DNA of 64,000 nt from Octopus sinensis (GCF_006345805.1 NC_043010.1:54374001-54438000); one strand, 5' to 3'. Shown: positions 12,391-25,979, counted from the stretch's first letter. Program-made: numbers and translations. Notes: a model not told the origin generated them from the sequence alone.

Positions 12391-12980
12391 AACTATTTAC
12401 GTAGACTCGCATATACAAAAGTCACTTATACAACACTGCATATACAAAATTTTGCACATACATAAACATATACACATATACATAATTGACAATTTTGAGA
12501 GAGTGAAAAACAGAGAATACCGTAGTGTTAATATAACATTACCCATCATAGTTTTATTAAAGCTGCAATATAAGAAGTGAAACACTGAACGCAAACGAAG
12601 TGTACAGTGCTAATGTTTAAATACATTTCCATTATGATATAAGTTACATATCTAGCAAGCAATTTAATCCTGTGTTTCTGTTATTCCTACGAGAGCAAGT
12701 CTTATCACTGTTATCCAGCAGTAAGTTAATATTACTAGAGACATTAAGATATGTACTGGGAATTATGATATATTAATATGGAGATTAGGTAGGTAGGTGA
12801 AGTGAAACATCGTGATTTCAAATAGTCCCAGGACGGGTTTATAAAATTTTAGAGGAAGATGTACGTATAGGTGGTCAACTAGATACAAAGACAAACGGAA
12901 ATATTCATGAACAAATGAAGAAAATATCAGTTAAAACACATGATTAAACATTTTATTTGTAATCATAATACAACAGAATG

Positions 12981-13029
<49 letters not shown>

Positions 13030-13536
13030 ATATTAATAAAATGACAACATACATACATCATATATATATATACATACATACACATACATACCTATATGCA
13101 TATATATATACACATACACATACATACAAATATATATGCATATATATGTATTTATGTAGGTAGGTAGGTAGGTAGGTAGGTAGGTATGTAGATTGGTATG
13201 TATATACAACTTACGCATATTATTTAGATTTTGCAGAAAGAGGTATTTACAGTAAAACTATAAGGTTTTTGGGGTCAGGGTTTTTTCAAGGAATAATCTC
13301 CGCCGATGACTACATTAGAGCGGTTCCTCTAATCTACGGCTGAAAATACCAAATTATATTTCACTATATCTAACTGCGAGAATCTGGTCTACGATCTCTC
13401 ATCAAATCCTGATATTCTACCGATGTTCTATGAGAAACTGCGTCTTCTAAATAAATATGAACATAATTCCTGTATTAATGCCAATATCTGTGTGAGAAAC
13501 TAAATTTACTAATTAGTAAATGGTAAATAAACACAC

Positions 13537-13572
<36 letters not shown>

Positions 13573-13617
13573 TTATATTTATATATATATATATGCGTGT
13601 ATATATCTATACATATA

Positions 13618-13840
13618 CAGTGGGGGGAAATAAATATTCGTACATTTCAAACTTCTTTATTTATTTAATTTCTAATGAACATAAATGGGATATACCATTA
13701 CTATATTTGCATACACATGCATAAACTAAGAATATGCAAAAGAAACTATATTAACTAAGGTATTTATAGTAACTAATGTATTTATATACAATTATAAATA
13801 AAGAATTTTGACATGTACGAACATTTATTTCCCCCCACTG
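13618..13840. mobile_element. Tc1-like MITE, 223 bp
   Basis: TIRs cagtggggggaaataaatattcgtaca / tgtacgaacatttatttccccccactg, flanked by TA. Confidence 0.9.
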
Positions 13841-14551
13841 TATATGTTCACTGACAAGACTTCACAAAAGTGATACAGCACGAAGTTTTGTCAGTGACAA
13901 CGCCCCCCCCCGCCACACACACACGCACATATACATTCATTGCCTTTCATTTGCGTGTATGTATATCTATGTATTTGCTCCAGTGGGTATTAGTGTATGT
14001 GTGCGTCACTGTAGAAGTTGTTCGTGCAAGTTGTTTGTGTATATAATGGCGTAGTGGTATAGAATGTTTCGAAATTGTGAATAATGTGCAAGTTTCGAGT
14101 ACTTGTCGGTAATTATTTTTTCTCGTCGTCTTCTAATAGTAATTATCCAACTTTCAAGGCTCTTCTCACAGCTATCATACGTTGAAAAATTATACGGGTA
14201 TTTAAAAAATTTGTTTCATTCAATAAATAATGCTTTTACATTACGTATACATTAGTAAAATAAACTATCAGTTTTCCAAATATCGAATTAAAATATAAAA
14301 GACGAATTCCGAAACTTTACAAATGAAAATGAATACTCTGCAGTGAAAGAAATGAATATTTAAATTTGAGAGAAATTGGAGTTAAAAAATTCAATAAACT
14401 TGAGAATTCGGAATTATAGGAAATTCCTTAGAACATGAATTTATAAAAGCAAATTTCGAGATGGTCAACGTTTTAATGATTACTTTCTTTTAGTACTTTT
14501 AGTAATTAATACATACCTAATTAATAAGCAGCTTTCTTCATTATTCTATAG

Positions 14552-14686
14552 ATGTATGTCCTGGAGAAGACATTACACTACATCCGTTTGTGCGTCTGTG
14601 GTTCAGTGTTTTCAAGAGTGTGGAACCATCTCTTTGACACTATTGCCCCAGGTCTACTCTCCCTCTCATTCGTGTCAGTGTCTCAG
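14552..14686 (+). other. candidate 135-nt internal exon
   Basis: Acceptor ctttcttcattattctatag, donor cag|gtatgg; two frames open, one giving the Cys-rich CMSWRRHYTTSVCASVVQCFQECGTISLTLLPQVYSPSHSCQCL. Confidence 0.3.
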
Positions 14687-15054
14687 GTATGGGTTAAAAA
14701 ACATACGAGCAATGTGATGTAGAAACACTCAGGGTCGCGTTTGATTGTGCAGAAAGCCCACACGAAGTGAAGGAACGATGGTCTTTTTTAAGGCATCTCT
14801 CTAGGAGAAAGCTCACTCGTATATTAAACAGCTGCCACATTGAGCCAAATATTTGGACTTTGCTTGTCTCTTGCTTCTTGGTATTGCTGTTAAGAGTCGT
14901 TAAGAAGCTGTGCAAGGCGCTTTAGCACCATCATTGCTGGTATTTAGTTTGAGCAAAAGTGATGATCGTTTTCATTATGTATGTATTTATAAATAAATAT
15001 GCCGTCAATCGGAATAGATACATTGAATATATATAGAATGATTTATAGTACTGA

Positions 15055-15470
15055 CTTCAAATTTTGGCAAAAAGCCCCAACAATTTCGGGGTAAAGAGTA
15101 TGTCGATAACATCAACCCCAGGGCTCAACTGCTATATATTTTATCGAACCCCCAAAATGATGAAATGAAAATTCAACCATAACGGAATTTGATCTCAGAA
15201 CTTTGAAACGCCGTTAATCACCTTGCCAGTCGCAGTAACGATACTGTCAGCTCACCGCTTATATATATATATAAATGTGGCATCAATTTTTGGCCCCATG
15301 CCAGACATTTCCTGTGGTAAAGATAAGCAAGTTACATCAACCCCAATACTTAAATGGTCCACATTTTATTATTTCCTCGCGCACGAATGGATGAAAGGTA
15401 AATTTAGCCCCGGTGGACTTCGAACTCAGAATGCCACGGCAATCGAATGCCAATCTGCATTTTACCTGGC
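15055..15470 (-). mobile_element. two degraded group A SINE fragments
   Basis: tttatcgaacccccaaaatgatgaaatgaaaattcaacc...ggaatttgatctcagaac and atgaaaggtaaatttagccccggtggacttcgaactcagaa. Confidence 0.65.
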
Positions 15471-15580
15471 ACAGAGATGACCCGGCCACTTCGACACCTT
15501 GGAATGCTATATAGTATTTTTTTTAATGGATGGCTAATGATCTACGTGTTTCAGTATTTGAGTCCGAAACTTACATGTAC

Positions 15581-15746
15581 GTAGTTGTGTGGTAAGTAGC
15601 TTGCTTACCAACCATATGGTTCCGGGTTCAGTCACACTGCGTGGCAACTTAGGCAAATGTCTTCTACTATAGCTTCGGGCCGGCCAAAGACTTGTGAGTG
15701 GATTTGATTAACGGAAACTGAAAGAAGCCCCTCGTATATTTATATT

Positions 15747-15805
<59 letters not shown>

Positions 15806-16021
15806 GTGTATATGTTTGAATGTTTGTTTGTCCCCCCAACATCGCTTGACAACAGATGCTGGTGTGTTGACGTCCCCGTAAATTAACGGTTCGGCAAAAG
15901 AAATCGACAGAATAAGTACTAGGCTTACAAAGAATTAGTCATGGGGTCGACTTGCTCGTCTAAAGACTGTGCTCCAGCAGGGCCACTGCCAAATGACTGA
16001 CATGAGTAAAGAGTAAGAGGC
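15581..16021 (+). mobile_element. group C SINE flanked by 45-bp direct repeats
   Basis: SINE from gtagttgtgtggtaagtagc to gagtaaagagtaag; flanks 15536-15580 and 16022-16066 match at 39 of 45 positions. Confidence 0.85.
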
Positions 16022-16689
16022 AATGTTCTGCGTGTTTCAGTATATAAACCCGAAACTTACATGTACATACATATGATATAACTTTAAATGTTTCTCATTC
16101 TACGCACTTGATTCCTTAACTGACACAGATTTCGAAACCATTGTTAATAGTTACTTCTTACTGGACATCTAATCACCAAAACAGCACGAACATGAGGAGA
16201 CGACGAAGCATCTAATCACTTGATGGTCTTCTAATATTACCACCCAAAATATCCCTCAATTAATGTATTCTACTGCACTAAAGCAGGAAGTAAACAGTGG
16301 GGAATATCGTCTGAGATGTAGTAAAAAGATTGGATGTTCGTGACTGGAATTCCTTTGATCATAAGAATTCTTTTGATCATTAGTCTGATTGACCTTGAGA
16401 CTTCACAACAACAATATTTACACTAGCCTTTCGAACAATCAATATTTCATCCACAATAGAAAGAAATCTTAATGTAGTCCGTTGCTGGACATTTTCCGTT
16501 TTAACTTCATCTTTGTCTGTTTGTATCGTTCGTCGTATACACGTGGTTCAATATTATTCTATATAGTAAGTGGTTTAAAACTATGTTTCCATTCATTAGC
16601 AACCGCTCCTAATGAATGGGTTTGTTTGGGCTGTAAAGAAATATAATATCTTCAAGCTGTATTAACAAACGTTACTGCTATAGGCCCCA

Positions 16690-17250
16690 AGGCGTTAAAT
16701 ATATTAGGGACGGGATTAATTAATTGATCGACCCCGAAAGGATGAAAAGCAAACTTGATCTCAATGGAATTTGACCTCGGAACGTGGAGACGGAGCAAAT
16801 GCCACTAAGCATTTTGCCTGGTGTATAGTCCGTACTAATAATAATATACAGGCAAATATCTGAAATTTCGGGTTGGTGTTTTTAATGGATTAATTCATGC
16901 TTAGTTTCAGTCGTTTGAGTTGTTCATTATTTTATTCACCTAGAATGATGAAATATAACTTTAAGACGATACGGATCTAGAACGGAAAAGGCCGCAATAA
17001 ATATCACAATTCATATGCTCACACACTCTAGTATTCTTTTCTTCACTGGGCACAAGGACAGAAATTTGGTGGGGGAGAGATCCAGTCGATGAGATCGACC
17101 TCGGTACGCAACTGGTACTTAATTTATCGACTCCGAAAGAAGGAAAAACAAAGTCGACCTCGGCAGAATTTGAACACAGGACATAAAGATGGACGAAATA
17201 CCGCGAAGCATTTCGCCCGGTGTACTAACGTTTCTGCCAGCTCGCCACCT
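16690..17250 (-). mobile_element. two group A SINE copies (about 16690-16830 and 17035-17250)
   Basis: gaccccgaaaggatgaaaagc and ctggtacttaatttatcgactccgaaag...ctaacgtttctgccagctcgccacc. Confidence 0.8.
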
Positions 17251-17304
17251 TCACACATCTGGTACTGGTACTGCATCAGGGCATACCCACCCCCTGGTAC
17301 TGCA

Positions 17305-17313
17305 TTATTACTG

Positions 17314-17377
<64 letters not shown>

Positions 17378-17394
17378 CATCATTATCATCATCA

Positions 17395-17456
<62 letters not shown>

Positions 17457-17522
17457 GTTGTTGTTGTTGTTATTATTATTATTATTAAAAGTATTATTAT
17501 TATCATTATTATTATTATTATT
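17305..17522. repeat. (TAT)n microsatellite
   Basis: Directly visible; source of the poly-L, poly-N, poly-Y and poly-I ORFs. Confidence 0.98.
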
Positions 17523-17523
17523 A

Positions 17524-18086
17524 ATGAGTGAGATAGCAGTGCATGGCATCAAAATGTCACTTAGGTAAAATATACGTTGCCCAGTATACCCATCATGCCT
17601 ATTCGTCTGATGAAGTTACACCAGGCACACGCATCTCAACCATATATGCGTGATATGATGATCTCATATCAGGCTAAACAACGCATGAGCTTGCAGGTGG
17701 GACTCAATTAGAATTTTCTTCAGGTCGAGTAGCTCATCCCGCTCAAATGGTCCTCAAACAAGTGTTTTTTAAGGATGTTGAATGAAACATCAATGTTTTC
17801 AAATGTGGATTACTCAAACAGCAAATAATTCCTCTCAACACATGGCTATGATTCTCCCCCACTTATTCTGCTCGTGATCAAAGTTCCACATATCGCGAAC
17901 CACCAAAGGATATGCTCAACTGCTTAAGGTCAAACAACTGACAAGCAAATGTGTGGTATTGAGCAGAATATTTACTGTGTCCTATATTTTATACCAAAGC
18001 AAAACAATGTACATGATAACACTTCAAATCAATTAAGATCAGAAGCCATGAAAGCGACTGTCTGGTGATGGTGATGCATCAGGGTG

Positions 18087-18087
<1 letters not shown>
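17524..18087 (-). mobile_element. about 560-bp non-coding element bounded by (AAT)n on both sides
   Basis: Unique sequence between TAT arrays; its terminus ctggtgatggtgatgcatcagggtg recurs as ctggtactggtactgcatcagggca at about 17260; no long ORF. Confidence 0.6.
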
Positions 18088-18149
<62 letters not shown>

Positions 18150-18152
<3 letters not shown>

Positions 18153-18366
18153 TAGTTTTATTTTTTTATAGCGTGCTTTCAATTCACTAACGAGCGCAGC
18201 TCTGTGTGCCTTGGGTATGTGCTGTGATTTGTTGTGATGCTCTGATGGTTATTGTATGAAAAGTGTTCTGCGTAGGATGTGTGCAGTGCCTAGTAGTGCA
18301 ATTTTCTGTATGTTATATGTATTTGTAAGTCCTGGTGTTTTTGTTATGTATTTGTCTGAATTTTTT
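18150..18366 (-). mobile_element. second 5'-truncated R4/Dong-like LINE 3' end in (AAT)n
   Basis: Near-identical reverse complement of about 3760-3975 (KYITKTPGLTNTYNIQKIALLGTAHILRRTL). Confidence 0.88.
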
Positions 18367-18391
18367 ATTATTGTTATTATTATTATTATTA

Positions 18392-18430
<39 letters not shown>

Positions 18431-19353
18431 CATTTTGTCTCAACGCATGCATTCGAACGTACCTGATATTTTTAATATATCAAATATATATTTGCTCCAC
18501 CAGTCTCCAACTTACTTTAGTTATGCAGATGTACTTTTATAAGGGCTTGTGTGGATTTCGCTTTTTTTTGTCTCTCATATTTGTTTTGTATATAACGGAG
18601 TGCACACGTCTATGTCTGCGAGACGGTTCTATGTAATTATTGTTTTTGTTTTTTTTTTCATGTAGTCATTGTCGCCTATTTTTAACTCCAAAGTGATTTT
18701 TTTACAAAAAGAAACAACGAAAAAATCTCTTAGTAGCCATTGTATTACAAAGTCAATATTAAACACGTGGCGCCGAACAGTGATGACGTCAAATTGAAGA
18801 TAATAATTGCACACAAATCCGCAGTGCAACATCTGTTGAATTGCTGGGGATGGCTTTGCGAACTATGAGCAATAGATAGTATTTATTTTAGATGAAGATT
18901 AACATAAACAAATGGAGACAGACAGAATAAGGAAAGAATTCACCAAATAACGATTACGATAAATAATTGATGAATACACACATATATAACAAAGGCATAG
19001 ATGTGATAAACAATTATATGGACCAACACGTACAAACACATACACATACAAACACAGACACGAACAAACACACATATATGTATATATGCCTGCATGTATG
19101 TATGTATGTATATATTAAATATGCTTGTATGGCTGTGTATGCTTGAAATATGTCTGTATGTAATTATAGAAAAGTGAGATTAGAAAACTTATATTTTATT
19201 TATAAATGAACAGGCACCACATTGAATCTAGAGCCTGGAGTTTCGATGAAGGTAACCTATTGTGTATTAATATACGCATAGACATACTGTACATACATTT
19301 ATTTAACTATTTATTTATAATATGTATTATATATTTATTCATGTACAAATATA

Positions 19354-19730
19354 TTGGGTCATCTCATAAATATTGAATTTTTTTATACCTATTTCAATTT
19401 TCAAAATTAGCATAAGAGAAGTTCGTGTTTAATCTAAAATATACTGTACTTCATTTTCTACCATGCTCTTCTACCTATCTAGTAGACTTGCGAGTTCCCT
19501 CTTTCAACATGCTCTTATCCATGACTAAAAATACTCCTCCATTACTGTTGTCCAAATGATTTTGAAGACTGCAGAATAAATGATAATCAGATAGGACAAT
19601 GCCCGGCGAATATGGTGAGTTGGGCATCGTTTCTCATTCAACTTGCTCCAGCATTTCGTATGCCATCATTCTCGTTGTATTTGGCTGAGCATTACCCTGA
19701 TGGAAGAACACCTTTCATCTTGAAGACTTT
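19354..19730 (-). mobile_element. mariner transposase 3' remnant with one TIR
   Basis: The minus strand gives FFHQGNAQP...PNSPYSPGIVLSDYHLFCSLQNHLD...ASLLDR*KSMVENEVQYILD*; TIR TA|ttgggtcatctcataaata. Confidence 0.85.
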
Positions 19731-20008
19731 TTTGCCGAACTGCTAGATTACGGGGACGTAAATACACCAACCTTCGTCGTCAAGCGATGGCGGGTGGACA
19801 AACAAAGACACACAAAACAAACTCATACTGACACATATACATAAACGACAGGCTTCTTTCAGTTTCCGTCTCCCAAATCCACTCACAACGCTTTGGTTGG
19901 CCCACGGCTATAGCAGAAGACACTTACCAAAAGTACTACGCAGTGGAACTGAACTCAGAACTATGAGGATGGTAAGCAAGCTACTTACCACCAAGCCACT
20001 CCTGCGCC
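19731..20008 (-). mobile_element. group C SINE lacking its tail
   Basis: ggggacgtaaatacacc...gcttctttcagtttccgtc...gccactcctgcgcct. Confidence 0.85.
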
Positions 20009-20038
20009 TATATAGTTTATATATATATAATTTTATAT

Positions 20039-20160
20039 CATATCATATCATATCATATCATATCATATCATATCATATCATATCATATCATATCATATCA
20101 TATCATATCATATCATATCATATTATATCATATTATATTATATTATATTATATTATATTA
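20039..20160. repeat. (ATATC)n grading into (ATATT)n
   Basis: Directly visible. Confidence 0.97.
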
Positions 20161-20264
20161 TATATATATATATAATATTTTCTCTTTTTACTTCTTTCAT
20201 GGCCGCACGCAAATGGCTGAAACAAATAAATGAATAAAAAAAGAAGAACAGAATACATTACTTC

Positions 20265-20650
20265 TTTCCTAGGCACAAGGCCCGAAATTTTTATGGAGGG
20301 GGACCAGTCGATTAGATCGATCCATGTATACAACTGGTTCGTAATTTATCGACACCAAAAGGGTGAAAGGCAAAGCCGACCCCGGCGTAATTTGAACTCA
20401 AAACGTAAAGACATACGAAGCTACCGTTTCTGTCAGTTCTCCGCCTTGATAAAATAATATATTATTTCCTACTCTAGGCACAAAGCCCGAAATTTCTGAG
20501 GAGGGGGGCAGTTGATTAGATCGTTTCCTGTACGCAACTGGCATTTGTTTTCTCGACCCCAAAGGATGAAAGGCAAAATCGATCTCAGCGGAATTTGAAC
20601 TAAGATTGTGAGCACCGACGAAATTCTGCTAAGCATTTCGACCACCATCT
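20265..20650 (-). mobile_element. two tandem group A SINEs with the alternative tail
   Basis: ctaggcacaaggcccgaaattt occurs at about 20268 and 20472, each followed by the group A body. Confidence 0.8.
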
Positions 20651-21156
20651 TAGTAAAAGAATATTTTGAAATGCGAATGCAGAAATCTCCGTAATCACCG
20701 CAAAGCATTTTCTGCAAAGATCTGCTGATTTCAGCATTTAGAAAAAAAAATCATGTAAAATGTATTGCATTTTGAATTCGATGTAAATTTGCGTTTTCAA
20801 CATAATTTCCATGGGAAGATTATTTAATCAAAATTTGAAATTGGAAAAGCGGAATAAAGCAAAATTCAGTTGAAATCAAAAAAAAAAAAAAAAAATTCAA
20901 GCGAATATAATTTGATAAGATCGAAATTGGGTATTAAAATATGCCTATCGATTTAACCTTTGCATACCGTAAACTTTTCTACGGCTTGTATAAATTTTCT
21001 TATAGCAAGATTCTATTAAACATTGGACGTATCAGTATCTTTGTATGTGTATCAGTGTGTCCTTTAGCGCGTGTGTATGTATTTTTGCGCAGGTACACAG
21101 ACACATATGTGGACATGCACATGCATATATATAATTGTAAGTATGTATGTATATAT

Positions 21157-21192
<36 letters not shown>

Positions 21193-21241
21193 TACATGTA
21201 TATGAATATAGACATACATATATATACATATATATACATGC

Positions 21242-21273
<32 letters not shown>

Positions 21274-22232
21274 CATATATATATAAATATATATATATAT
21301 ATGTATATATATGTATGTATATGTATATGTATGTATGCATAGATAGATAGATACAGTGATAGATAGATAGATAGAGAGAGAGAGAGATATATAGTATAAT
21401 ATTCTATATATTTCTCTGCAGTTGCACTCTATGTTCAATTATCAATTCAGGCATCTTTTACGAACTAGCGGAATATCGTAAAATGATAAATACAAAGTAA
21501 TACAAGAAATGCAATATTAATTAAATTACTAAACAAATAGCTTACCTGTTAATTAATATTGATCTAGTTATACTTCAAAGAAAGCAATATGTGACACATT
21601 TGCCATGATAATAAACCAACTAGCATAAATCTCGAAGTTCTTTGCTATGTATACGTACGCCATAGAGAAAATTTTACGTACATTCAGTAAAGATAATTAT
21701 CGACGAATTGATCTATCTTTTACGGACGTCGTAAGTTCTACTATTGTACTTATCACAATCTACAATCAGCAGCAATGCGTGAAATTACGGTGCAATATTG
21801 ATAAACGAGTGTTTCCGTTCCACCGTGTCACTTGTAGAAATAACTGATGAATATAACACCAGTTAGTTGGTTTCGCAAAATTTGCAAAATATATTATGAA
21901 GATACAGATTCTTTGAGGAATGACTAAATGAACGGATTAATGGACGAATTGATAATGAAGGAATCTTTCAATAATAGTTTTGATTATATATGAATTATTG
22001 TGCCCGTATTGTCAAATTATGATATAATTTTCGTTGTATTTACATTAACACGGCATTCATATCATATTTTCCTTGCGATAAATATCTTTCTCGGCACAAG
22101 CGAATTAATCATCTTCTCCGCAACGTCTAAGTGCTCAGTTGGTCAAACAATTATATTGCACCAGATTCCTTACTTTTAAGCGCGTTATAAGTACATCTAT
22201 ATGAGTACACTCCACCGGATTTTCCAGAGATA

Positions 22233-22817
22233 CAGCGATTCCTCGTTTATCGCGGTACATTTGTTCCGGGACCGACTGTGATAACTGAATTTCCGCGAAG
22301 TAGGGACACCAAATCTTTCAGTATTTATTTAACGTGTATTTGGACTTTTAAAACCCTCCTTGTATTATTAACAACCTACCCATTACAGTAGTCTATTATT
22401 AACAAGTACAACTGTTAAGCAATAACACTTTAGATTTTTAAAAATATATAGATTGTTACGGTACACAAAACGAAAGAATTAGAAGTAAAATGTGAATGAC
22501 GATGGTGATGAATTTGCTACGATGGTGATAAATGGCCGCGAGAGAGAAAAAAGGGGAGATGCTGCGGAGCTGAACAACGGTCAAAGCACCAATCACAGGC
22601 AAGATTACAAATTAGAAAGCTGTGATACAAATATCACTGTATATGTTTTTTTGCTATTTTACGCTTATTTTGTTGTTCCTAGACTAGGAAATTATATTTA
22701 TTATTAATATTTTAAAGGATTTAAGGAAAAAATTTATGTTTTCATATATATATATTTTAAAAATCCGCGAAGTCAGGAATCCGCGATAATTGAACCACGA
22801 CTAATGAGGGATAACTA
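22233..22817. mobile_element. pogo/Tigger-like non-autonomous element
   Basis: TA|cagcgattcctcgtttatcgcgg ... ccacgactaatgagggataacta|TA, with subterminal ccgcgaagt / ccgcgataa motifs typical of Tigger-type ends. Confidence 0.7.
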
Positions 22818-23571
22818 TATATTCCCTGGGAGCATAACAACTACGTAAAAAGTTTCGGTTAAAAGAGCTGATATAGATTTTGTTTACTGTGAATGAGGTG
22901 CAGTGAAATTTCATACATCTGTTTGTCAGCGTTCAGAAAATAATTATCATACATTAAAATTCATTTACACTTTGGCCCTTGTTGCATATGGAAGTTTTGA
23001 ACATTTGGTTTTATAGCCACGAAGATTAAATTAATATATCGATTTCACATCGATTTTCTTAATACTCAATTATTTAACAGACAATTTAGTATATATGCAT
23101 GTACTTACACTTGATTGAATTAGAGGCGTCTACTTCTTTCGTATTTCAAGATTTAATTAATAGTTCAACAAATTACATACGAAAAGCTTTTATTCATCAA
23201 AATATTTTCCATTGTATCTTATTAATCGTTGTCAAAGTAAAGCCAGAAGCTAAAATTCACGCTTATGTCTTTGGTTTACCGACGCAAACCTCTCTACAAC
23301 CATTTTTAACATTATCCATTATACAACGATTTCCGCTCAGAATAAGCCTACATAAAAGTTGGATACAATGCAGTATATTATTGCCAGTGCAGCGCTAAGA
23401 TTATGTTTCGGATTATAGGCACTCCTGCTTTATTTTCACTCAGTCGCTCCTTCTCTCCTTCTCTCCCCCTTTCCTCTCTTTCATTGTTGCTTCCTCTTTC
23501 ACGCACACATACACAGGCATATATATATATATATATATATATATCTATATCTATCTATCTATCTATATATA

Positions 23572-23620
<49 letters not shown>

Positions 23621-24226
23621 TCTAAAATAAGAAACAAGTATTAGTATTGTTATTGCTGAGCACAGCGCTATATTCTACTTAAAATACAGTGCCTACACTT
23701 AGTCATAATATTTCAACGATTTTGCATTAGTACATTGTTTGATGTACCCGTTCGGGAACCACCCTGGTTTTTGAGGGGCAATTTTGGTGTTTGCCTTGTG
23801 GTGTCGTATTTATTATACATCTAAATGACGACAGTGACATTTATTCTCTCAGCAGAGAAAGTGATATGTAATAAGCTAAAAATTCGAAGGATTTCACCAT
23901 CAGATAACACCGGTGTATGATTCAATAATTCTGTATTTTTATGTGCTGTTCTTCACCAATATATTAGGTCGCGAAAGAAAGAAAATATTTAACTCAAACA
24001 TTCTGTAAAACGACAAGATATCAAGTCGTTATAATAGTTTAACATATTTAGTCAAGTTGCTGCCCTGAGCCACATACACACATATATATACATAACACAT
24101 ATGCACATAACTAAATATAAATGTACATAAACATATACATATAGCCGTACACACACACACACACACACCACACACATATATATATATATATATTTTTTTT
24201 TTTATCGTTTCATATACTTTCATATC

Positions 24227-24326
24227 TTTTTATAAATATATATGTATTACGTGGATGCGTGAAACCAACCGGTTTTCATTGTGGATGTTTTCACGACATC
24301 CACATAATAAGTATATATTTATAAAA
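24227..24326. repeat. short imperfect palindrome next to (TA)n
   Basis: ttttataaatatatatgtattacgtggatgcgtgaaac ... gttttcacgacatccacataataagtatatatttataaaa. Confidence 0.75.
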
Positions 24327-24519
24327 ATATATTAAGCTATATGATACGAAGGCGTTTCTTTTCCACTTTTTGTTTATAATTTTTGCCACGTTGTGTATAC
24401 TGAATCTTCAGTATCTTTAAACCTTGTATATATATCTATATACTTATCTATATATATCTATATCTATATCTATCTATCTATCTATCTATATATATCTATC
24501 TATATATATATATATACAG

Positions 24520-24869
24520 CAAATAAGAAAGTAGAGAGGATACAAAATCGACAGATATCAGTCGGTAGACATTGAAGCATGTCTATTTATTCCAGTTTAT
24601 TCATCTAATACATCGAAATAAATAGACATAATAGGATAAATGAACTTTCCAGCTGATGTCTGTCGATTTTGTATCCTCTCCACTTTCTTATTTGGCATAT
24701 AAATCAAGGGCAAACCACTTTTTACCCCGCGCCCATAGATAACAGTCAATTGCGAGATTGCCACACAATAACAAGCATTTGGGTATGAATAATTGGGTAC
24801 ACTACCAGCAGTATATTGGATAGGTACTACCATTAGTTGGTTTTCTCAACCTCTAACTCACACAGAAAC

Positions 24870-24870
<1 letters not shown>
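24520..24870 (+). mobile_element. dispersed repeat family E with a 5' inverted duplication
   Basis: Homologous to 61416-61647 and 34288-34468; arms 24520-24565 / 24649-24695; ends ctctaactcacacagaaa followed by (TA)n. Confidence 0.7.
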
Positions 24871-24900
<30 letters not shown>

Positions 24901-25376
24901 ATACGTATGTACACACACACACACTTATATATATTTTATATCAATATCACTACGTATACATATGTGTATATACGTATATTAACAGATATATATGTGTATA
25001 TATATATATTAACATATATACATATATGTATATATATATATATATATTAATATATATACATATATATATATATACATATTTTTTATATCAATATCTCAAC
25101 CTAGGTATATATGTATATATATATATATATGAATTCGTTTATACACCCGCACACAGACGCCCACACATACACACACCCACACAGTTTGTAGATATATATG
25201 AACAGTTTCCTCTATGTGTAGCTTTCTACGTATCCAAAATAAGGATAAAGGAAAAGTCTGTTTACTTGTTAAGTCAAAATTTTCTTATCAATAAAACCAA
25301 TGAATACATCAAAACTTGATTTTGTGGATTTGCTCGTGATTTATTTGTTTTTTCTATCGTGTATATGTTTGTGTGA

Positions 25377-25443
<67 letters not shown>

Positions 25444-25979
25444 GGACAAAAGATAAAAATAAAAAGTAAAACAATAACGAATAAGAAAATTAGGAAAAAA
25501 AAATTTAGATGGAAATACAATAAAAATAAACGGATAAAACTAACAATAATCATAATAACGCCGAAAAAGAATCAGTGCTTAAAAACGACGAAACGAAGCA
25601 ATCGGCAAAAAACAAGCTTAAGAGGCCGATGTTATATGAAACCGAACGGAAAAAAAGAACGACACATAGGAAAAACTATTGAGAAGAAAGAACAATACGA
25701 AAAAGTGCAAACATATATAATTCAGAAAATATAAACATTAAACAAGCAAGATTTGGTAAATATTAGTTAATGTCGGGTTAAAGAAATATTATTTTATTTC
25801 TTGTTGAAAAATATTTTACGCAATATTTTTGTGTCAATAAGTCATTTCCCAAAATCCATGAATTGTAAACAAGCGGTAAATACCTCATACATCAAAACGA
25901 AAATCGTGACAGATAAGAAATACAATACACGTACTCATGTACTTATGTTTCACACACTCACACGCTTCTATATATATAA

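Noticed and set aside
17089-17568. Long ORFs (159, 142, 99 aa)
   Set aside because: They are translations of a SINE plus (TAT)n; homopolymeric peptides.
18768-18780. TGGCGCCGAACAG, resembling a tRNA-Lys primer-binding site
   Set aside because: It lacks one base and the 3' part, and no LTR or gag/pol sequence is nearby.
23099-23398. 99-aa ATG-initiated ORF in unique sequence
   Set aside because: No recognisable domain; such a length can occur by chance.
24345-24411. Minus-strand CTGAAGA...GAAACG-cctt-CGTA hammerhead-like motif
   Set aside because: Stem III is plausible, but stems I and II do not pair.
25440-25734. Lys-rich part of a 144-aa ORF
   Set aside because: Caused by an A-rich strand bias following a (TG)n tract.
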